A program made the position numbers and the translations under genes. DNA of 64,000 bases from NCBI GenBank assembly GCA_051294375.1, contig CM119271.1:12639039-12703038 (forward strand). The letters run 5' to 3'. Below, in pieces: positions 12,435 through 24,672 of this stretch (positions within the stretch are counted from its first letter, which is position 1; each line of letters begins with the position of its first letter). The notes below the pieces were generated by a model that did no database searches, was not told where the DNA came from, and saw nothing but the letters and a program-made list of their open reading frames with translations. This DNA comes from Paraspadella gotoi (Eukaryota; Animalia; Chaetognatha).

Positions 12435-13667
12435 ATGCAATTCGACGTATTGCTCATTGTCAATTCCCTTCTCAACATTGCTGATGTCGGATCAGATTTG
12501 AAAGTCGTTTACAACTATGTCACCTCGTATAACGAAGTTAAAAAGACGATAGGCTATTCTCTTCTTAGCGTACTGATATTTCACGCAGCGCTATCCGGCC
12601 TGATTGGAATGGTACACATCTGCCGTCGGAAATCCGCTTATCCAAGACTCCTTAATAATTTCTTGGGTCTTACTCTGGCCATGCACTTTTTGGGTCTAGG
12701 ATCCTTGCCCATTTCCATCGATAATTATTTGGACGCTCGTCGATCGAAAATCAACGATCGACAAGCGAAAATTAAAAAAAACCTTGAAATAAACATGAAT
12801 CTTCTTCAAATTTTCGTCGAATCTTTTCCGCAACTCATTCTGCAGCATTGCGGCAACTTGTTATCTTGGACGAGCGGCGTGAACACGGTTTGCATCCCGG
12901 GTTACTGGTACGCGCGGAGAGAGAATGAGAAACTTTACGATATTTTACCGAACAAATCTATGATTGAAAGAATAAACGCGACTTGTTCTTGTCGACCATT
13001 GTCCCAGTTCAGCATGTATTATTGCGTCTGGCCGCTCTCCAATTTTTTGGAAATAATTTCCATCGCCCTTTCAACTTTATCGCTGGTCAAATTCGCCGCC
13101 GAGCACCGCCTACAGAGCGCTGTATCGCTGAATCAAATGAAATTGCCCTTCTTGATCCATACTTGCCAAGTTTTTGGCATTTTGTACGGTCTCGTAGGAA
13201 TTAGTACATTTTTTTACCTCGTTTATCTTTTGACATTCAATATTAACTTGTTATTTGTTTTTCTTGCTCCGTTTTCTCTCTTACGAATCTTTACTCCTCT
13301 GGAAATAAAATCTTTCGCTTTAATATTCAAATCAAACTTTGACTTATCGACGAGAAAGTATTTTCTGGGTTCAAACTTTTATACCACGTCTCTATTGATT
13401 GCTCCACTGTGGAACATTGCTTTGTTCTCATTGCTTTTTAATATTCAAAAACGTATTAAAAACACTGACGTGGCAAAAATAAGCTCTGGTACCAATCCAG
13501 GCTTTACATGGTTTAAACGATTTAATTATGATTATGTTCCCCAGCTTTTCATCCTCAGCAGTGTATTTCCAATTACAGGTATTGTTCATAACAGAGGCAA
13601 CTCGCAAAATTTCTCAACTCAGCCACAAAATGTCAGATTAAATCAATGGAAATTTAATTTTTTTTAA
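12435..13667 (+). CDS. XK-related (Xkr) multi-pass membrane protein, intronless
   Basis: 410-aa ORF. N-terminal LLNIADVGSDLKVVYNY and the family hallmark LLQIFVESFPQLILQ; multiple TM segments. Confidence 0.75.
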   Translation: MQFDVLLIVNSLLNIADVGSDLKVVYNYVTSYNEVKKTIGYSLLSVLIFHAALSGLIGMVHICRRKSAYPRLLNNFLGLTLAMHFLGLGSLPISIDNYLDARRSKINDRQAKIKKNLEINMNLLQIFVESFPQLILQHCGNLLSWTSGVNTVCIPGYWYARRENEKLYDILPNKSMIERINATCSCRPLSQFSMYYCVWPLSNFLEIISIALSTLSLVKFAAEHRLQSAVSLNQMKLPFLIHTCQVFGILYGLVGISTFFYLVYLLTFNINLLFVFLAPFSLLRIFTPLEIKSFALIFKSNFDLSTRKYFLGSNFYTTSLLIAPLWNIALFSLLFNIQKRIKNTDVAKISSGTNPGFTWFKRFNYDYVPQLFILSSVFPITGIVHNRGNSQNFSTQPQNVRLNQWKFNFF

Positions 13668-14032
13668 ATACTAAGTCTAAATTTAGGTTTTTCATCGTCA
13701 GGTGGAGCTCTTTTGAATATAGTTTGCGATAAGAGAAAATACTATTTAGACAAGAACTGACGCCTGTCAGTTGGTCTGTTTAGAGTATATAATATGGATT
13801 AAGTATTTTCATTAGGTTGAAGTGAAAATTTGAAATCAAAATTTAGCGAATATATTTTGAAAACTATCTTTATATATAATATATATATCTATATTTTACT
13901 AATATAGTAGCAGACACCTGGTTTTGTATGTAGTACTTCCCCTATATATTGTCAAATTTTTTAAATCTTTTATTTTAAATTCTAATTTCAATATTTATAC
14001 ATTTATATTTTTGTGATTGATACCTGGCTCAG

Positions 14033-15379
14033 TTGATTTATTTTGCCCATCTATGTTATAATTTTTTAAAAGCTGAGAACATAACTTGCATACAGCCATA
14101 TGGATATCTTGATTACAAAAGATGGCTCAATGTGGATTTTCTTGGTTTGAATCGTACGAAGAAAACTTGCGAGAACGAGCTATCTTCGTCAAAAGATGAG
14201 GTTCGCTACAGGTTGGGAAATTTTATGGTTTTAGAATATAACTTGGGTCTCATACTCATCTTGATTCTTCTCGATACGATTTTATTTTCTTTTTACATCT
14301 TTTTACTTTTCTTCTTAAAAAAAGTCAAAAATGAAATTATTTTTGGAGCCATTACATGGGGCACATTAAACGCAGCGATGATGTACGCAAATTTACATCA
14401 CTTTATTAATCACATAAACTATGTTAGTATATACATTCCCAGATATCTTACTCTTCATAATTATAGTTATTTAATCACGAAATCGCGTGTAATTCGTTCA
14501 AAAGTTATTAGAAAAGCACTAGAATCTTATTTACTAAAATCCCAGCGTTTGTTGTACAAATATTGTACGTTCACATCCAATTTTTATATTAGTTTTATTA
14601 CATTTCTAGTTTTGAGCATTTTTCATAAAGTTGTTTTTGAATCAACGAAAGGACGAGTAAAATATTTATTAGTTTCAGTCTTGCTCATTCTCAGCCTATT
14701 CCCCATTTACTTTCTCATAGATATCAAAATGAAAGAAGGATATTGCCTCCACAAATTCTTTATGAAACTTAAAGCGTTTTGTGATTTAGATAAACCTGCT
14801 GAGACCAGCATTAGGCACATGCAAAATACGCTCTCCTCCCTGATAAATCTGCAGACAAAGTGGCTTTTTCTTATGTCGCTTTCCACTCAACCCTTCTTCA
14901 TTTTTTTCGTTGGCTGCTTCATGACGAAAGTCAAGTATAAAAAAAAGAGAGTCGTTTTAAAAATATTAATGCTAAGTTTATGTTTCGTTTTCGTAAGCAT
15001 CACCGAAATAGTAAAATGGAGATCTTCTTCAAAGAAACATTATCATATAAACGAAACATATATATTTCAAAGTTGGGCTTCAGACATAAGTGGGAGAAGT
15101 TTAAATTCAATAATACTCAATCAAATAATCTCTAATGGATTGGAGTATACGCGTCCCGTTAGTATTTTTCAGAGACCATTAAACATTCTAATATTTGAAT
15201 GTCACTACAGCTTTATGAGGGACATCACAAAATCTTTTCATGATAATTTTTACTCAATTAAAAATGGCTATAAGATATTAGTGGAAAAAGCTATTTCTGA
15301 AAGTGAGAGTAGTTCCGTTACGATTTACTGTTTATTAATTCCCTTTTTTATCAATTTTCTTACACTCCACAACTTTTAA
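14033..15379 (+). CDS. Orphan multi-pass membrane protein (possibly a divergent GPCR/chemoreceptor), intronless; true start uncertain
   Basis: 448-codon stop-free frame in AT-rich DNA. N-terminal Cys and N-glycosylation sites (NITC, NRT) followed by ~6-7 hydrophobic segments. The ORF caller's start is TTG. Confidence 0.5.
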   Translation: MIYFAHLCYNFLKAENITCIQPYGYLDYKRWLNVDFLGLNRTKKTCENELSSSKDEVRYRLGNFMVLEYNLGLILILILLDTILFSFYIFLLFFLKKVKNEIIFGAITWGTLNAAMMYANLHHFINHINYVSIYIPRYLTLHNYSYLITKSRVIRSKVIRKALESYLLKSQRLLYKYCTFTSNFYISFITFLVLSIFHKVVFESTKGRVKYLLVSVLLILSLFPIYFLIDIKMKEGYCLHKFFMKLKAFCDLDKPAETSIRHMQNTLSSLINLQTKWLFLMSLSTQPFFIFFVGCFMTKVKYKKKRVVLKILMLSLCFVFVSITEIVKWRSSSKKHYHINETYIFQSWASDISGRSLNSIILNQIISNGLEYTRPVSIFQRPLNILIFECHYSFMRDITKSFHDNFYSIKNGYKILVEKAISESESSSVTIYCLLIPFFINFLTLHNF

Positions 15380-15445
15380 CAATTTTACCTTTGCAACAAC
15401 TCTTTACCAAAAACGCTGGACCGCAAGCAATTTGACTTAAATTCA

Positions 15446-15514
15446 TGAAATTAGATCAACCAATATAAAAATTATCCATTCATTTAAAAAATAAGTTATC
15501 TTGCCCCTGACTTT
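15446..15514. mobile_element. Family D MITE terminal fragment
   Basis: tgaaatt...aaaattatccattcattt...tatcttgcccctgacttt matches the TIR of 43439-43991. Confidence 0.7.
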
Positions 15515-16922
15515 ATATTTTTTTTAACTTATGAATGATTCCACTTACTATATAATTTAGAGTGATACTGTTAAATATTTTGCCTCGCTTAAGCTAGTTT
15601 CCGTCTCTCTCCCTAAATTATTTATAATTCTCCGAATTCTTATTTTTTTTTTTGTTGTTGTTTTTTTTTACATTATAATAAAGTGTTTACTAATTAATTC
15701 TTGTTTACCCTCGTCAAACTTACACGGGACTGGTGACACTTGAACGAGCGAAATTCGCTGACGTGAAATAAGAGGATATTTCACAGATACTAAAGATAAA
15801 ATCTTTATGAAAAACCATCAAACATTAATAAAAAGTAATTACCGGAGTAGTACCCGGTTTGTCGGTTCGAGTTTAACTTAAAATGATTGTTTTTGTCAAT
15901 AATCAACTTTTTCACTTACAATTTTTCGTCGACCTACGGTCTCGTTTTTATGCCTTTTCCCTCTTTAACATACACAATTATATGTATGTTAAATTTTTAT
16001 TTGTTACGAGATAGTCTCTCGGTTGTTTGATGCTTTTTTATTATTGAATTCGTATTTTTGTTGCTTACGAAGTATCTGATTGATCAAGTATTTTAAAAGT
16101 CGCTCTCTGATGGTTAGTCCTTATGATTGTACCTTAACCAAAGATATAAAAGAGATGTGCTTACCTAAAACTAAGAGGATAAGTTACCTATGATTCGTGA
16201 CAGTCGGTAAGCATTTAAATGATATTTTGTAATTTTATGTTTAAGCTTAAAGTTGACTATTTTAATAAGTTCTTTTTTTTTTTGTATCTTTAGAAATAGT
16301 CTCCCTTCTACTTGCTTCACGTCTCACGCTCATGTTATGTCTACTACAATAAATATTACTAAATTTACATTCTTCGAATCTCTATAAATAAATAGCAAGT
16401 CAGAAAACACTAGCTCGCTCACGGCGTTACGGTAAAATCCTCAATAATCTATTTCGACTACGGACTTTTAATAAACGCCCTTTAAAGAATGAACTCAATT
16501 ATCATCGAATCTCTGTTGCGCGTTCCTTCACGATCGGTCAGCGATTCACTTCAACTAAGCGGCGGCGTAAGAATAAGACTAAATAAACTCGCGAAAAAGA
16601 AAAACGAATTTGCTTCTAAAAATCTCGTAATAATTCGAAATGCGAAAATTAAAACGATTTCAACGCGCGTCTTTTATTTCGTAAACGCGAACAATTTAAA
16701 ATAAAGACTCTCTTCCGCGAATCGAATTTGCGCTTTAACTTTAACGAAACGCGTTCTTCTTTATAATCGTTTCTATATGTGATGGAAACTCTTTCGGTTC
16801 TACTCTCTCGCTTTCATTGTTTCTTTATGCCATTATAAGTTTGCTTTCCTCTTATTATAAGGGTTGGCTTTGCTTTTATATCTCGGTTTCGTGTCTTGTT
16901 GGTTTAATGAATTTTTGAAATC

Positions 16923-19297
16923 ATGTCTAACTCGTCAATACTCACAAGGGCGGGTAAATTAAAGAAACATCCATTATCCATAGCATTTCACGATTTTAAA
17001 TACAAGTTGCAAGCTGCCCAAACCTCATGTAAGGAGGAAAGTATTAATATTGCAAAACAAGCTCATGAAAGATTGCATACTCTGGCTAGTGAAACATACA
17101 AAGAATTGAAGGGTGAGGGTTTGACTAAGGAAAGGGAACTGAGAATACAAAAGCATTACAAGAATACGAAAAAGAAGAATCCACATTTCATGATCAAATG
17201 GAAGAGTTACTTAAGTCATTAAATACGCCTGCAATAACAATCTTTTGCTCCCTAATGCTCCCAAGTCCGTTTCCATGTCTGGTAGATCTCAAAGCTCAAG
17301 GGCTTCGTCAAAGGGAACCAAATGTAGTGTCAGGAGTTTAAAATTAAAGGAAACGGAAAGAAATATAAACATCAGGAATTATAAATTAATGAAAAGGATC
17401 GTAGCGATCAAAAAGAAAGGGAAGAAAGGGAAAATGCATTAGAATTTGGAAGAAGCCAAAAGGAAACTGCAAAAGGAATGGGAAGAGAAGCAAAGGGAAT
17501 GGGAAGAGAAGCAAAGGGAATGGGAGGAGAAGCAAGTGGAATTAAACAATTTAGCCTTAAATTAAAAAACCAAAGGGAAGACAATGAGAAAAAGAGGGAA
17601 AGGGAAAAGGATGATGGAAAAGGCTGAATTAAGTAAATTAAATGACGATATCCAAATTTTACAAGATGATGCCTCCATTCCTAACACACCCGGTTTACCA
17701 AAGACTCCTTCTGCCTTTGATAAGGTTACACATTGGAATGATATGAATAAACAAGAGAGGGCAAAGGGCAATGACTTGGTTCATTTTGCCTGAAGCTTCT
17801 ACTTTAAATCATGAAGCTCCCTCATTTAATCCATATAAAAGTACGAATTTAAACCCAAGCTTTAGCACTAAGACTCCGGTTCCTCACGCATTGTTTAAAC
17901 CCCAACCATTGAGATCACCACTTGCCCGCCAACAGCATCTGGCAATTCTGGATTCCCATCCACTCCTCAGGTTCCATCCCAACCAAATCAAAGCAATCAA
18001 TTTAAGCCATGATGCCTCCACCTTTATGTTCTTCAGCTCCTACTCAAGCCTTGATCCCAGCATTATTCTGGCATCTTCGCTAAGCTGGAGCGAGCGCGGC
18101 CTAAGGAAGATAAGAGGTGAAGGGTGACAGCTATAGTTTAGCGTCATTCTTATCTCGGTTTATATTGATGTAGAACGACTTCCTGGGGTAGATGATCGTG
18201 AAAGTATCTTGAGTTGTTGAAATGGACGACTGGTGAGGCTTATAATTCCATTAAGCAATTTGAAAATGAACTGGATGGACTAAAGCTTTAGCTTATGCTA
18301 AACAAAAGTTAGTTCATCACTGGGGTTATAGCAACATACTGCTGCTGAAAGATTAGTGACATTATAACAAGACTACTTTAAGTAAAGGCGATCTTGTTGG
18401 TCTTAGAAACCTGTTATGGAGCCTTGAAGAGGCTAAAAACACTGCTCTCATGTCTGGGGATTATGAAGGTTTTTCTAACATCGATCTTGTAAACAATTTG
18501 ATTGATAAGCGCATTCCATTTCTACGTGATAAATGGCAATACTTCCATCACAAGTTGACTGTTTATCAAAAGCAAAAGGAACAATTTGACCATTTCTTAT
18601 ACTTTCTGGATGATCAAGTCAAACAGCTGGAGTCTCCATATGCTCGTCCAAGTTTTCCTCCAAAAGATGTTATTAAAGTGGCAGCTGCTAACACTTCCAT
18701 GACTTTGCAATACTCTAGTAGCTCCAATCATACAAATGAGGATTCTTGGAATAATGGCTCGGCTGATGAAAAGAAATCTAGTGCTACAAAAAATTTTAAT
18801 GACCAAGTAAAAGTTTTAAACATGCCCTTTGTGCACTAGTAAACATTATTTGTCTGGTTGTCCTACATTTTTGAAATGGGACCAAGTACAAAGATTTGAG
18901 TATGCTAAGAATAATCGTTTATGCTTTCGGTGTTTGAATAAACATAAAATTTCTGACTGCAAGATCACAAAGTTATGCTGTAAAACGTGTAACTCTAAAA
19001 ACCACCATTCTTTGCTTCATCGGCAAACAAAAGAAACTCAAGCAGCTGATGATTCCATAAACCAATGTGAAACAAACAATTTCAATGCCATCGCCATCCA
19101 CAAAGTACAGATTTAACATCTGCACAGGTTCTTGCTACAAATGATGGTGGTGTACTTTATCGACCTATAGTCGCCATTCTAGTGAATTACAAGAACAAAG
19201 GTGCATATGTTTATGCATTATTAGATACGGGTAGTACAAGAACATGTTGTTCCACAGAACTATCAGAAAGATTAAATCTTCCCAGACAAAACCATGG
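16923..19297 (+). mobile_element. Decayed BEL/Pao LTR retrotransposon (gag + aspartic protease), truncated by an assembly gap
   Basis: Frameshifted ORFs with a coiled-coil gag region, BEL-type triple zinc knuckles (C..CTSKHYLSGCPTF...RLCFRCLNKHKISDC...CKTCNSKNHHSLLH) and the protease motif VYALLDTGSTRT. Confidence 0.85.
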
Positions 19298-19397
19298 NNN
19301 NNNNNNNNNNNNNNNNNNNNNNNNNNNNNNNNNNNNNNNNNNNNNNNNNNNNNNNNNNNNNNNNNNNNNNNNNNNNNNNNNNNNNNNNNNNNNNNNN

Positions 19398-19565
19398 CCA
19401 TTGATAGGGAAGCCATATACTCTGGGAGTGAATAAACTGGACTGTGAGAAAGTTCGCGATTGCAGGGTCCTGTAAGAAGATTGTGGCTTTAAACCAAAGT
19501 CAGTGACAAGATAGCTCATTAATTAGATGAAAGGGATAATTTTTCTATTGGTTGTATTATTTTCA
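19398..19565. mobile_element. Family D MITE right half
   Basis: Matches ~43798-43991 (cattgatagggaagcc...ctctgggagtgaataaac...caagatagct...tttcata). Confidence 0.75.
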
Positions 19566-19654
19566 TAAAAAATATCACACTCTCTTGATTTGATTATTCA
19601 TTTATTATTCAAATATTCATCTCCGGATAATTGACTAAGCCATCTCTGAAAGAC

Positions 19655-22216
19655 CTTGAGCATGAACCATCGTCGATTCCAAGTCCTGAAGGCGTTCGTC
19701 GTCCGTTTAAAGAGATAACCTTCGATGGCGGCCAAATTGGCTTCTTCCGTCTCGCTGACGATAGGAGGCGCTTGACCGTTGAACGAAACTGAATCTGGGG
19801 GAATGAGGAAAGTAAGAATGGATGCTGATGATGATCCTTGATGATGTTGACGCCGCGGCGGCTGACTCACCCGTGGAGGCGGCGGCTGACTCACCCGTAG
19901 AGGCGGCGGCGGACTCACCCGTGGAGGCGGCGGCTGACTCACCCGTAGAGGCGGCGGCTGACTCGGCGCGAAGGGACGTCTCTCTCTTCTGCACCAAATC
20001 GTGTCGCTCGTCCATCTCCTTCATGCGACTCGACATCTCTGGGGAGTGAGGAGATGAGATGAGATTATGGGGTGGGTAATAGATGAGGATAGAGGATGAA
20101 ATGATGGGGTGAGGAGATGAAATTAGTGAAAATAAGATGTGACGATGACAATATGGGAAAATTAAGAGATGAGATGACGAGAGGAAATGATGAGAAAATG
20201 AGATGAGGATGGATAGATAACCAAAGGAGATGAGATGAAGAGATAAAGGGATGGATAGATGACCGAAGGAGATGAGATGATGGTATGAGGCCCATAAAAT
20301 GATGACCAGATGAAGAGATGATCGCGAAGTGAAGAGAAGAAGGGATAATGATAAGATGGCCACGAGGAAAAGAGAAGGACATGAGAGAATGTAGCCGAGA
20401 TCCCGTCTCAGAACTCACCCAGAACAAAAACTCACCCAGAGAAAAGTTCTCCAAATTAGTGGCGGCGTTTTTGAGGTCGGACTCGACGTCTTGAAAAGAA
20501 TCTGATCCCTGGTGGAAGAATGTCGACTGGGCGTGGACGAAGGAGAGGAGCTGAGGATTTGAAGATGAGATAAAAGGATCGGAGGTGGTGGTTGTCGTGG
20601 TGGATTGGGGAGTCGGGGGCGAACTCGAAATATCTCTCTCTAGTCTCTAGTCTTTCGAAAAAAATATTTTTCTTTTTTTAAAAAAAAACGATGAATCAAA
20701 AAAAAGAGAACAAGTAAACATTCGACTTTTGCATGAAAAAGATTAAAAAAATAGAGTAATTTCGCGAGTTCGACCCAAATTTTAAGTCATTATAACTTGA
20801 TAATCAAAGGTTGAATATGTAAATACAGAATTTATTATTTAACCAAATTATCGTTGACGAAAACATTTCCAAACTTTGTTAAATCTCTATACTCAACGAA
20901 GCCGAAAGGATTAACACAATGGCTACCAAATTAGTATAAAAGTGGAGGTAAAAAGGAAACTGACCGTATCCAAAACGACGAATCTTTGTCTCCCTTGCAA
21001 GAGTCCGATCTGATAGACGTAGTCCATCGCCGTGTGACTGAAGCAGCCTCGGACGGCGGTCAGATAATTGCTCGCCTCCTCGCACTCCGCCTGTCGGCGA
21101 CGAAACGAAAACTCGTTGCTCTTTTGTTGTTTTTTTTACAAAAAAAGGGGGGGGAAATAAAATCCTGACCGGTTTGAGACGAGAGGCGCCCGCGTTTCGA
21201 CTCAACGCCTGATCCAAATCTCCGCTCATTTTTTCGAAGGATTTCTTGGCCTCGCGAACTTTGCGAATGTCTTCTTTGACGAGATCGTGGAGATTCTTGC
21301 AGATGGACCTGCGTTGCGGTGAGATGCGGTGGATGCGATGAGCTCAAACCTTTTAGCAACCTCGACGTCAACTGCCGTCGACCAAACCTGTGCGCCTGCT
21401 CCATGAGGATATTGAAGTAGCCCTGGATTTCCCGCAACAGATCGGCGAAGATGGAGATGTTGGCTTTGAGGATGTAGTCGCCCTCGCCGCCGAAATGAGC
21501 AGCCAACTCCGCTAAGCCTGACGTTTTAGGCAATTTTCAAAAAATGAGTCTTCTTTGAAGGGGGAAAGAAAAAAGGGAAAGAGAAAATAGAAAATACAAA
21601 GTAATGAAAGAGAAAGAGGAGAGGGAAAGAGAAGAGATTAGGGAGAAAAAGGAAAGAGAAGATTAAGGAATACAGATGATGATGATGATGATGATTTCCC
21701 TGACCTGAAACGAAGAGGCCGTTCGACTGGGAATACTGCTTCCCCACTTCGATCATACTCGCGCAGAGACGAACCACCTTCTCTAACTTCAACTCCAAAT
21801 TGTCCACGCTGCTTTCCGTCTTCGTCAAACTAGACGGAAAATACATTTTTAATAAATTAATTCTTGTTAGAATACATTACAAGCATAGTATAAGTGAGTT
21901 TAATGATTTTATATTTGATAATGTGTGCAACAATAAATCATTTTCAAAATATGTTCAGAATCTTCGCAATAAAATGTAAAAATATTTTAAAGATTAATAA
22001 ATACAATATTTTAATTTACTCTACGTAATTAGTTCGCATCTCGTAAAAACCAAAAACGATAAGATAATTGATACCTTTCAGAAAATTATCTTATCGCGTT
22101 ACAATCAAATCTCTCGCCCTAAACCCCATCAAACTCCATCATCATCAACATCAATACCTGGATCGAAATCGAGGGGAATCCTTCAGACATTCTTCGAAGT
22201 TTAACTCGAACTTCAT
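19655..22216 (-). CDS. ACAP: ACAP/centaurin-beta ArfGAP, BAR and start of PH domain; spliced, 3' part not visible past the gap
   Basis: Exon 1 MKFELNFEECLKDSPRFR; BAR exons (VDNLELKLEKVVRLCASMIEVGK; FEKMSGDLDQALSRNA; LLSFVHAQSTFFHQG); PH start IEGYLFKRTTNAFRTWNRRWF. GT-AG introns. Confidence 0.9.
19855..19965 (-). repeat. 24-bp minisatellite (~4.5 copies) spanning an ACAP exon end and 5' splice site
   Basis: Minus-strand unit gagtcagccgccgcctcYacgggt; each junction creates G|GTGAGT. Confidence 0.85.
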
Positions 22217-22788
22217 TGTTTTTGTTTATTATTTCGCGAGAAAGAGTGAGAGCGAGACGCGGTCGATTTACGAAGCGAGATATTTTAATCCTTTTGGGGA
22301 GAAGGGTCAGAGTTCAAGAGACGACCTCTCGCGACGAACTCGAGACGAAAGTCGTCGTCGAGTTGGAATAGATCGTCGCGCGGCGTCGAAGACTCTTCTC
22401 CATCACTCAGACGTCGGAGGGGGACAAACGGCGCACCTTCAACGCTTCCGTCGAGCGAAGGGTTTTCTTTTCTACGTTTGTAAATGTAATTACAAAAAAA
22501 ATAGCGGGAGTTTTTATAAAAATTCCGGTTTTTTAATTCAGTTTTATCGTCGATTTATCTTTTTTAGATTTTAGTTTACGATTTTAAATCCGACGGTCGA
22601 ATTGAAAGGAGGATCATTTTCTCGATTTTTCAGGAGAAAGAGAGAGAGAGAGAGAGAGAGAGAAAGGAGGAGAGTGTTGGGGGCGGAAGCGCCCTGGTAT
22701 CGATCGGACGATTCACGGATCCGCCCGAGGGGTCAAACTCGCGCGTTCTCGACCATCGAGGGAGAAGAGAGAGAGAGAGACGAGAGAG

Positions 22789-22845
<57 letters not shown>

Positions 22846-23766
22846 GGCCGCGAATTGGATCAAATCTTTGCTACAGTTTCTCTGTTGTCTTCTTTTATTT
22901 TTCGGGGAAAAGGCGAGAGGGAGGGGGGGAGAGATCGCGAAAGATTCCCAGTGGCCGCGCGTGTTTAATGTCGAGAGGAGAAAAAAAGGCTTAGCGTCTG
23001 GATGGAGATTTTTGTAAGTTTGAGAACGAAAATGGGAAAACTGAAGAAAAAAAAAGGTTTAATTCAACGACGCAGTTTTTTTCTTTTTGGATTTACTCTT
23101 TCTTTTTTCTTTTTCTTTTTTTTTGTAGCGAGAGACAATGACGATGAAAAAAAAGGCAATTTCGGCAAGACTTGTTCAAATATCCCCGTTAAAATTTGTA
23201 ATTTTTTGAGCAATGTTTTTTTTTGTCCCGTAACGGATTTAAAAAAAAAATGGGAAAAAAAATTTTGCTGTCAGGAAACAAAAGACATATTATGAGATTG
23301 TGTGGACGAAAGGACATTATAATAAAGAAAAATCATTTTTAATTGTCCATAGGAAGCGATTAGGCTCCGCGAGAATAAATAATATTTATGTATCCGTTAG
23401 CGAATGAATATAAGCAAACAAAAAAATAGGTAATGAAAGGTATATCGGTTGCCGTCTGTACACAGAAGGAAAAAAAAATGGCCGATACAAAGACTACTGA
23501 ATTAAAAAGAAAATATTTTATCATTTTCATCGTGAAAACCCAAAGAGAAAAGAAAAAACTAAATTTTGCGAGTAAAGGACGAACCGGGGATCAATAGACC
23601 AAAATTAAGATAATGATAACTCGGAAATGTGCTCCTCTACATAAACTATTAATGACGAGAGAGAGAGNNNNNNNNNNNNNNNNNNNNNNNNNNNNNNNNN
23701 NNNNNNNNNNNNNNNNNNNNNNNNNNNNNNNNNNNNNNNNNNNNNNNNNNNNNNNNNNNNNNNNNN

Positions 23767-23804
<38 letters not shown>

Positions 23805-24672
23805 ATTGAATATTTTTATCGCTGTAAATGTCTGGACGCGTGGGATTACGATTTCATGCACAATCTACTATTATTGTGCCGATAGCGACTAGATTAAGAT
23901 GCAAAAACGTCGGTCACAGCAAATTTTATTTATGGTACAATTCTTTTTTTTTAACCGATGGTGAAGTTAATAAATTCCTAGGGTTCCTTTTATAATGAAA
24001 AAAAACAATGGGGGGAACACACAAGGGCAGAAAAAGTCAGGATTAAGACTGATAATCATTAAGGCTGAGAATTTTATTCTCTAATTCGTCCAGTTAAATT
24101 TTTTTTTTATTTTGCATTAGTATTTTTCTTTTTACATTTTCGTAATTCATGAAACGAAATTAAAAAAAAAAAAGAAAAAAACACAAATTTAACTAAAAAA
24201 AAAGGAGAAAAACAACTATAGTCTGTAGTTTAAAACTGTCCTCTACAGGAAAAAGGCACGCCAAGAATAACGAGATAGAGTTTCACTGAAACTGTGTGAG
24301 AGAATATATATTTCCCTCCCCCCCCCCCCGACTCCCCAACTTTTACCGGTCTGCCCACCCTTCCCCCCCCCCAAACAAAAAAAAAAACCGAATCAAAACC
24401 ACGGCGTTAATAAAACATCGCCAAATTATAATTCAAAACTCCGCTCCATATAAAACGCACACACGCAACTGTTTATACATTTTTTTTGCAAGCGACATCG
24501 AAGCTGCATATTTCCATTTTCTTCCAAGCTGCGGACAACTCTCCAAACTGCAGCCTTCTTCCAAGCTGCAGCCAACGTTGCCCACTTCCCCCCTTCTTCA
24601 CACAGACCCCCCCCCTAGCCCCAGCTCCCCCGCAATTAGGGTCTCCCCCCCCCAACTCCCCACCGGGCGCGC

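Noticed and set aside
16923-19297. BEL/Pao relic as the helper for the twister mini-LTR elements
   Set aside because: It is decayed, I see no shared LTR ends or PBS, and BEL elements typically make 5-bp TSDs whereas these show 4 bp.
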